DNA of 41,185 nucleotides from an uncultured Bacilli bacterium (GTDB lineage Bacteria; Bacillota_I; Bacilli_A; RF39; UBA660): NCBI GenBank assembly GCA_947628685.1, contig CANRAT010000002.1, positions 1 to 41,185 of the forward strand, read 5' to 3'. Shown piece by piece: positions 18,867 to 25,641 of this stretch (position 1 is its first letter; each line of letters starts with the position of its first letter). The notes under the pieces were generated by a model. It saw only the letters and a program-made list of their open reading frames with translations, ran no database searches and was not told where the DNA came from. The position numbers and the translations under genes were made by a program.

Positions 18867-19509
18867 TAGTATTTTACTAATAGGGTTGTTATTTATAGTA
18901 GTTGGTATTTGTATAGGATTTTATGAATACTTTACTGAAAGAAAAAAAGATGCATATGCACAGATGAATATTTTGTTATATAAGAATGAGCAACCGGGAA
19001 ATATAGAATCTGATGAAGAAATAAAAGATATAATCGAATCTGAAAATGGTGATGAAGATGAGCCTACAATAGAACAAAAGCCATCTTCGAATACACAATA
19101 TGATTATATAGGAATATTAGAAATTCCAAAAATAAAACTATCAAGAGGATTCTTAGATATTAATTCAAGATATAATAATGTTAATTATAATATAACAGTT
19201 ATAAATGGTTCGACATTTCCAGATGAAGTTAATAATAACTTAATATTAGCTGCCCACTCTGGTGTATGTTCTGTATGCTTTTTTGATAGGCTATATAATC
19301 TTGCAATTGGTGATGAAGCAAATATTTACTATAATAATATCGAGTATCAATATAAAATAGTAGATATATACGAAGTTGAGAAGACAGGTACAGTTGCAAT
19401 ACATAGAGATTCAAGTAAAAATACTTTAACTCTTATAACTTGTACAAGATACAGTAATACTAAACAAACAGTGTATATTTTAGAATTATATAATAAAAAA
19501 ACGTATTAA
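18838..19509 (+). CDS. Sortase-family transpeptidase (class not assignable), coupled to the adhesin genes
   Basis: 223 aa. N-terminal TM anchor, His motif LILAAHSG and Cys motif TLTLITCT. The start overlaps the last 29 nt of adhesin gene 2. Confidence 0.8.
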   Translation: MLKRIKLKNSSILLIGLLFIVVGICIGFYEYFTERKKDAYAQMNILLYKNEQPGNIESDEEIKDIIESENGDEDEPTIEQKPSSNTQYDYIGILEIPKIKLSRGFLDINSRYNNVNYNITVINGSTFPDEVNNNLILAAHSGVCSVCFFDRLYNLAIGDEANIYYNNIEYQYKIVDIYEVEKTGTVAIHRDSSKNTLTLITCTRYSNTKQTVYILELYNKKTY

Positions 19510-19524
19510 AAAGAGGTGAGATAA

Positions 19525-20142
19525 ATGAACGATATATCATTAGTAGAAAAATTAAAAATATTAATGAATATAATTGTATCATCGCCTCTTTTTTTATTTT
19601 GTTCAATGGTTTCAGTTGCGCTACTTATATTATACATAATATTAATTAAAAAAAATAAAAAAATAAATAAATGGATATTTATAATAGTTTGGTGTATTTT
19701 GTTATTGATGTTAATAATAAATTACAATTCAGTAGTATTAAATCTTTTAGATGACTTACTTGATAATATCATAATGGCGCTTTATTTCCCAAGTATGCCT
19801 GTTTATATAATAATATTAATAATATCTGATTTTTTCCTAATATATTCTTTATTTAGTAAAAAAATGAATATAAAATATAGATTAATTAATTTTGTGAATG
19901 CACTTCTTATTAATTTACTATTAATATTAATAGTAGATATAACTAAGAGAAACAATATAGATATATATAATCAATTATCAATATATTCTAATTCGGACTT
20001 ATTAGTATTATTTCAATTTTCAACAGCAATTTTTACATCTTGGATTTTAATTAATTTATTTATTTCCGCACATACTAAACTTAAACAATATGATAAAAAA
20101 GAAAAAGAAGAATTACCAGAGATCGTTTTTGAAGAGATTTAA
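19525..20142 (+). CDS. Hypothetical polytopic membrane protein
   Basis: 205 aa with about 5 hydrophobic helices. Begins 15 nt after the sortase gene. No family recognised. Confidence 0.5.
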   Translation: MNDISLVEKLKILMNIIVSSPLFLFCSMVSVALLILYIILIKKNKKINKWIFIIVWCILLLMLIINYNSVVLNLLDDLLDNIIMALYFPSMPVYIIILIISDFFLIYSLFSKKMNIKYRLINFVNALLINLLLILIVDITKRNNIDIYNQLSIYSNSDLLVLFQFSTAIFTSWILINLFISAHTKLKQYDKKEKEELPEIVFEEI

Positions 20143-20199
20143 AGAAAAATATTCACTTTTTCTTTTTTTTGTGCTATAGTATAGGGCAAAGGTGGTTTT

Positions 20200-20469
20200 A
20201 TGCCTATTAATGAAAAAGATTTATCTAATATAAGTTTATATGGAACAGAAAAATCATTTTTAAAGAAATATAATGATATTTATATTTCTTTAGAGCAAGT
20301 AGATATACTAAAAAAATATAATATAAATATAGAAAATTACAAAACATTTGAAAGTTTAATGTATGATATAGAAAGTTATTTAAATGACTCTTATGAAATT
20401 TTAGATGATTTAGAATGGGTATCAGAATCACTTCAAGAATATAATTACTATAATAGGACAAATAAATGA
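20200..20469 (+). CDS. Hypothetical small acidic protein
   Basis: 89-aa ORF with RBS AAAGGTGG, ending 17 nt upstream of the ClpX-like gene. No family recognised. Confidence 0.4.
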   Translation: MPINEKDLSNISLYGTEKSFLKKYNDIYISLEQVDILKKYNINIENYKTFESLMYDIESYLNDSYEILDDLEWVSESLQEYNYYNRTNK

Positions 20470-20486
20470 TTTAGGGGGAATTTATT

Positions 20487-21998
20487 ATGGATGAAGTAGC
20501 AATACAATTTGAAAAATTAAATTTAAGTGAGGATTCTTATGTATTTAAGCCACTAGGAGTAATCAGAGGTAAACTTGATGAAGATAATTATTATTTTAAA
20601 ACGGAAAGTGGAATGTATTGTACACCTATAGACGGATATGATATAAATGCTAGCTTTTATTATTTTGCTCCAACTACTTTACCAGAATTAAAAAAATACT
20701 ATGGTGATGAAGCAGGGGATGAAGCATTATTAGAAAACTACTTATCTATTGCAATGGAAACTTGCTATATAGGAATATATGATGCTAATGAGGGGTATAT
20801 TAAAGTTAAGCAAATACCTATTTATGATAATTTTAACAGTGAAGTTGATTCTGAATTTGGATTTTTTATAACTCCTGAATATATTGAATCACTTATGGAT
20901 TTAGATACTCTAAAAGATTTAAGAACGCAATTAAATAGTTTATTAAAAATAGCTGAAAATCGTGGTAAAACTCAAGAAGTTATTGATTTAAAATTAGATA
21001 AAGAGACATCTAAAAAATTTAGTTTAAAAGAATTGAGAAAAGAAGTACTTTCAAAAATTATTGGAGAAGATAAAGCAGTTAACGATATAACAAGAGCGCT
21101 TATGGTAAATTATACATCTAATAATCCAAGACATAAGTCTCATATCATGGTTGCTGGCCCAACAGGAACAGGAAAAACTGAAATAGTAAATATAGCATCT
21201 AAATATTTTAAAGTGCCATGTGCCAAAGTAGATGCTACTGCATATACAAAAGAGGGTTATGTTGGGAAAAGTGTTTATTCTATGCTTTTAAGATTAATTG
21301 ATGAGGCCGGTGGAGATATAAATAAGGCTCAAAATGGAATTCTTATAATAGATGAAATAGATAAAAAATTTAAAGAAGAAGATAGATTTGACGTAGGTGG
21401 TAAAGCAGTACTAAATTCTCTTTTAAAAATATTGGATAGAGATAAAATTGAAATCGATAAAGGACTTCCGGGAACACATGATGTAATTAATTTTGATACT
21501 TCAAATTTAACAGTAATTTGTATGGGCGCTTTTGAAGATTTATTTAGTCAAAAGGAAAAGGAAGCAAATAGAAGTAGTATTGGTTTTACAAGTGAAAAAA
21601 CAACTCCTAAAAATGTAGTAATAACTAAAGATGATATTAGAAAATATGGTGATGTATCTGAATTTATAGGTAGATTTAATGAATTTACTCAAACTAATAA
21701 ACTTTCTTTAGAGGATAATTATAATATACTTAAAAATTCAGAAATAAGTCCTATAAAGGAAGAAGAAGAATATTTTGCTGATTTGGGAGTTAAAATAAAA
21801 TTTACATCGGGATATATAAAACAAATAGCTATTAAAAACAGTAAGATGAGTGAAGGAGCAAGAGGGTTAAAGTCACTAGTAAAGGAAACTTTAACACATG
21901 CATATGAAGAAGTTTTAAAAAATGGAAATAAGATAAAAACTCTTAAAATAACAAAAGAGACAGCCTTAGATCCTAAAAAATATTATGTTAATTCATAA
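20487..21998 (+). CDS. ClpX-like AAA+ ATPase paralog with novel N-terminal domain (no zinc-binding domain)
   Basis: Residues from about 190 onward align by eye to ClpX. Shared elements are Walker A GPTGTGKT, the pore-1 loop EGYVGKSV, Walker B ILIIDEIDK, the IGF tripeptide (SSIGFTSE), EFIGRF and sensor-2 GARGLKS. The N-terminal 190 aa lack the C4 zinc ribbon. Confidence 0.75.
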   Translation: MDEVAIQFEKLNLSEDSYVFKPLGVIRGKLDEDNYYFKTESGMYCTPIDGYDINASFYYFAPTTLPELKKYYGDEAGDEALLENYLSIAMETCYIGIYDANEGYIKVKQIPIYDNFNSEVDSEFGFFITPEYIESLMDLDTLKDLRTQLNSLLKIAENRGKTQEVIDLKLDKETSKKFSLKELRKEVLSKIIGEDKAVNDITRALMVNYTSNNPRHKSHIMVAGPTGTGKTEIVNIASKYFKVPCAKVDATAYTKEGYVGKSVYSMLLRLIDEAGGDINKAQNGILIIDEIDKKFKEEDRFDVGGKAVLNSLLKILDRDKIEIDKGLPGTHDVINFDTSNLTVICMGAFEDLFSQKEKEANRSSIGFTSEKTTPKNVVITKDDIRKYGDVSEFIGRFNEFTQTNKLSLEDNYNILKNSEISPIKEEEEYFADLGVKIKFTSGYIKQIAIKNSKMSEGARGLKSLVKETLTHAYEEVLKNGNKIKTLKITKETALDPKKYYVNS

Positions 21999-22052
21999 TA
22001 TTTTTTTCTTTAAAAAGGAAATTTGAATTCTACCTAGTATAATATACATGAG

Positions 22053-23591
22053 GTGGTATTTATAAACTACATTAATAATAAAGGTAAAAACATATATGAA
22101 AGAATTAAAATTAATTTATTAAACAAAAAATATATAAAAAACGAACTAAAAAATAGCGATTACCTACTTTCAAATATAAATGGATATTCACTTGATTTAG
22201 AACAAAGAAAAGCAATTATATCAGATTATAAAGCAAATCTTTTAATAGCAGGAGCAGGTAGTGGGAAAAGTTTAACAATGATAGGTAAAATTAGATATCT
22301 AATAGAGATGAAGAATATAAAGGAAGATGAAATTCTTTGTATAACTTTTACTCGTGATGCTAGATTAAATTTAGAAAAAAATATAAAGAAAAATTATAAT
22401 TATGATATAAATGTTTATACATTTCATAAACTCGCACTTGAACTATTAAAGAAAAAAAATTATTCTATATCAAAAGCGGATACTCTAAGTTATATAGTTG
22501 ATGAATATTTTTATATGGCAATGTATGATAATAATATTAAATATAAAATTAAAAATATATTAAATAAAATAGATACACCTTATTCATTAATACTAAAATC
22601 AAAAGATTTAAAAGTATTTAAAAATTTTATAATAACTTTTATAAATTTATTTAAAACAAATAATTATACTTTAGAATATTTTCTTAAAATAAAAGGTAAT
22701 AAAAATATTATTAGAATTATTATAGATATATATCTTTTATATGAGGAAGAATTAAAAAGTACAAAAACAATAGATTTTAATGATATGATATTACTTGCGA
22801 TTCAATATGTAAAAAATAATGACATAAAAAAATATAAATATATAATTGTAGATGAGTATCAAGATACATCTTATATAAGATATTTATTATTAAAAGAAAT
22901 TATAAATAAAACAGGTGCCAAAATAGTTTGTGTTGGAGATGATTATCAATCAATATATAGATTTAATGGGTGCAACATAAATATGTTTTTAAATTTTAAA
23001 AAATATTTTGAACATGCAAAAGTATTAAAAATTAATAATACTTATAGAAACTCACAAGAATTAATTAATGTTGCTTCAAAATTTATTATGAAAAATAAAA
23101 GGCAATTGTATAAAAAATTAAAAAGTGATAAACATATAAATAAGCCTATTAAAATAATGTATGGTAATAATTTAAAAAAATTACTAGATGTAGTTATAAA
23201 AGATCATAAAAATATACTTATATTAGGTAGAAATAACTTTGATATAGACAAATTCTTTATATTAAATAGTGATAATTGCATACATTATAAAGGGATAAAT
23301 ATGAAATATTTAACTATACACAGTTCTAAAGGATTAGAAGAAGAATGTGTAGTTATTATTAACTTAAAAGATGATACAATAGGCATTCCAAATAAAATAA
23401 AAGATAATGAACTATTAAAATTTATTAATAATAATCTAGATATTTATCCATATGAAGAAGAAAGAAGGTTATTTTATGTTGCTTTAACACGCACAAAAAG
23501 TGATGTGTATATGCTTGTAGATAAAAAACATCCTTCTATATTCGTTAAGGAACTAATAAAAGATAACTGCAAGTATATAGAATTTCTTTAA
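22053..23591 (+). CDS. UvrD/Rep-family (SF1) helicase-like protein, short form
   Basis: Walker A AGAGSGKS, motif II IIVDEYQDTS, VGDDYQSIYRF, NYRNS, TIHSSKGLE and FYVALTRT. The gene is very AT-rich. The start is uncertain: GTG at 22053 lies inside the RBS-like GAGGTGG. Confidence 0.8.
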   Translation: MVFINYINNKGKNIYERIKINLLNKKYIKNELKNSDYLLSNINGYSLDLEQRKAIISDYKANLLIAGAGSGKSLTMIGKIRYLIEMKNIKEDEILCITFTRDARLNLEKNIKKNYNYDINVYTFHKLALELLKKKNYSISKADTLSYIVDEYFYMAMYDNNIKYKIKNILNKIDTPYSLILKSKDLKVFKNFIITFINLFKTNNYTLEYFLKIKGNKNIIRIIIDIYLLYEEELKSTKTIDFNDMILLAIQYVKNNDIKKYKYIIVDEYQDTSYIRYLLLKEIINKTGAKIVCVGDDYQSIYRFNGCNINMFLNFKKYFEHAKVLKINNTYRNSQELINVASKFIMKNKRQLYKKLKSDKHINKPIKIMYGNNLKKLLDVVIKDHKNILILGRNNFDIDKFFILNSDNCIHYKGINMKYLTIHSSKGLEEECVVIINLKDDTIGIPNKIKDNELLKFINNNLDIYPYEEERRLFYVALTRTKSDVYMLVDKKHPSIFVKELIKDNCKYIEFL

Positions 23592-23741
23592 AATGTAAAG
23601 CATTGGAAATTATTGTGATTTTTGCAATATATTACCTAATTTGTTAAAAACATTGCTTTTTAGTGAAAAGACGTCAATTTGACATTCTGTATTTAGATGT
23701 GATATGATAGTAGTGCTTTTCTAAAAAGAAGAGGTGTTAAT

Positions 23742-24356
23742 GTGAAAGCAAAACTGAAGGTCTTAGAGGGAATTTTACTTTCTATGGCTGTAATATTAAA
23801 TGCATATTTAATATATATTAATATAAGAGTTAGTGAATATAAAACTGTAAAAGAACATAGTTCAACTGCTAACTATATACAAATTGAAGATAATGAATTA
23901 CTTGGATTATTTTCTTCTGAAATAGAAGAAGTAATAGAAGAGGAACCAATTGTCTATGATGGTAAAACTTTAGATGAAGTTTCATTAACAATAGAAAAAC
24001 AATTAAATTCAAATATATCTGGAAAAGGTTATTTAATCGCATCATATTCCTTAGAAAAGGGAGTAGATCCTTATATGGCTACTGCAATAATGTTGCATGA
24101 AACAGGTTGCAAGTGGAAATGTAGTTATTTAGTCCGCGAGTGTAATAACGTTGGTGGACAAAAGGGTAAGGGATGCGGTGCTTATAGTTACTTTAATAGT
24201 CTTGATGAAGGTATAAAAGCATTTATTGACAATTTGTATAAAAATTATATTAGTTATGGATTAACTACTCCAGAAGAAATTAATCCAAAATATGCAGAGG
24301 ACCCTAATTGGTCTAAAGGTGTAAATAAATACATCGAAATAATAAAAGCGCAATAA
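23742..24356 (+). CDS. Membrane-anchored glucosaminidase-domain (peptidoglycan hydrolase) protein
   Basis: N-terminal TM helix. AIMLHETG...NNVGGQKG...F.S.DEGI resembles the mannosyl-glycoprotein endo-beta-N-acetylglucosaminidase domain. GTG start. Confidence 0.6.
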   Translation: MKAKLKVLEGILLSMAVILNAYLIYINIRVSEYKTVKEHSSTANYIQIEDNELLGLFSSEIEEVIEEEPIVYDGKTLDEVSLTIEKQLNSNISGKGYLIASYSLEKGVDPYMATAIMLHETGCKWKCSYLVRECNNVGGQKGKGCGAYSYFNSLDEGIKAFIDNLYKNYISYGLTTPEEINPKYAEDPNWSKGVNKYIEIIKAQ

Positions 24357-24369
24357 TGCGTTTTTTTTC

Positions 24370-24401
24370 TTGACATATAGGGGGGGGGGGCGTGATAAAA
24401 T
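24370..24401 (+). promoter_or_regulatory. Promoter of pilin-like gene copy 2, with poly-G in the spacer
   Basis: TTGACA (24370-24375), 20-bp spacer containing G11, extended -10 TGaTAAAAT (24393-24401). Aligns with the copy-1 promoter. Confidence 0.6.
24380..24390 (+). repeat. Homopolymeric G11 tract
   Basis: Counted directly: g at 24380 plus ten g at 24381-24390. It is the only long G/C homopolymer in the window. Confidence 0.95.
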
Positions 24402-24435
24402 AGAAGTGTAAGTAAACTAAAGGAGGAAGATGAAT

Positions 24436-24885
24436 ATGAAAAAAGGTTTTACACTTATAGAATTACTTGCAGTAATAGTAATACTAGCAATAATAGCGCT
24501 TATAGCAACACCCATTATATTAAATATAATAAATGATTCTAAAAATGAAAGTGAAAAAGTAAGTAAAGAATTATATTTAGATGCGGTAATACAAGCAATT
24601 GCAAAAGAAAATTTAAATAATGAGTTTAATCCAAGTATTTGTACAATTGAAAGTGATGGTAACTTATTATGTATACAAAATAGCAAAATAGAAAATTTAA
24701 GAGTTGAAGTAAATGGAACAAGACCATGTGGGGGAGCAATAGCTCTAAATAGTTTGGGAGTAACAAATGAAACAATAAGTTTTACTTGTGATTCTCCATC
24801 ATTTGCAAAAGATGATTGGCTAACAATAATAGCTAATATAAAGGTAGGAAAAGATGTATATAAAGTAGGGGATGAAAAAAAATAA
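24436..24885 (+). CDS. Prepilin-type N-terminal methylation domain protein (5' part of a split gene)
   Basis: MKKG/FTLIELLAVIVILAIIALIATP. The ORF ends at TAA immediately after an A8 tract. The track starts at 24430; the ATG at 24436 is better spaced from the AGGAGGAAG RBS. Confidence 0.8.
   Translation: MKKGFTLIELLAVIVILAIIALIATPIILNIINDSKNESEKVSKELYLDAVIQAIAKENLNNEFNPSICTIESDGNLLCIQNSKIENLRVEVNGTRPCGGAIALNSLGVTNETISFTCDSPSFAKDDWLTIIANIKVGKDVYKVGDEKK
24875..24882 (+). repeat. Homopolymeric A8 tract at the frameshift point
   Basis: Counted directly. An A9 tract would join frame 1 (24436-24885) to the open frame that runs from 24876 to 25532. Confidence 0.9.
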
Positions 24886-25037
24886 TATTAAATGGAGAAG
24901 GATTTAATAATCAATCATATACAGTAAGATTAGCAAATATTTCTAATGATGAGAATGAAGGATGTGGAGGAACAAACTTTTCTGAAACGGCATGTGGCAT
25001 TGTAATAGAATTTGTAGATATAATTACGAAACATAAT

Positions 25038-25532
25038 ATGAATACAACTAATCCAAATAAAGGAGGCTGGCCATCAAGCGAAATGAGAAAGTACTTAAAT
25101 GTAATTGAAAATGAAGAGGGTAGTGGAACAATATTTAAAGCATTACCAGAAGAATTGCAGAAAGTTATAATACCAACAAAAGTAATATCAGGACATAGAA
25201 ATATCACAGAAGCAAATTTTGAATCGATAGATAAAATATATCTATTGTCATTACATGAAGCATATGAAGAGGGGATTTTAAATAAGTTAAGTCAATATGA
25301 TACTGCATGGGATAACACAAGACAACTAGATTATTATAAAAATTATAAAGAACAAGGAGTAACAACAGATGATTATGAGGGTGCGATTAAAAAATATAAT
25401 GATGTAGCAATCGATTGGTGGTTGCGCACTGGTTCTGGTGATTATTTCTTTCATGCGAATTATGATGGTAGTTTAAGCTCTCATGTCGCTTATTATACCC
25501 TCGGCGTGGTTCCAGCATTTAGAATAGGCTAA
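25038..25532 (+). CDS. DUF6273-like domain (3' part of the split gene)
   Basis: GGWPSSEMRKYLN..LPEELQ..., IYLLSLHE, WWLRTGS and GVVPAFRI match the pattern I recall for DUF6273. There is no RBS before the ATG at 25038. Confidence 0.55.
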   Translation: MNTTNPNKGGWPSSEMRKYLNVIENEEGSGTIFKALPEELQKVIIPTKVISGHRNITEANFESIDKIYLLSLHEAYEEGILNKLSQYDTAWDNTRQLDYYKNYKEQGVTTDDYEGAIKKYNDVAIDWWLRTGSGDYFFHANYDGSLSSHVAYYTLGVVPAFRIG

Positions 25533-25641
25533 ACCGAATCAAAAACGTTTATATAATAATTATATGCTAGTAAAGATTTAAATTTTTACTAGTTTTTTTC
25601 ATAAATTTTAAGTTTGTCCATATATTTTATTGGAGGGTAAT

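Larger units (their letters stand above)
24436..25532 (+). pseudogene. Frameshifted (or phase-OFF) pilin-like::DUF6273-like fusion gene
   Basis: The downstream frame is open from 24876 (KKIILNGEGFNNQSYTVRLANISNDENEGCGG...), 162 nt before its first ATG at 25038. A single A insertion gives one 367-aa ORF. Confidence 0.65.

Noticed and set aside
22053-22100. An alternative ATG start for the UvrD-like helicase at about 22097.
   Set aside because: That ATG is out of frame with the long ORF. Only the GTG at 22053 (embedded in GAGGTGG) opens the frame, so the true start remains uncertain and the gene may be 5'-truncated.
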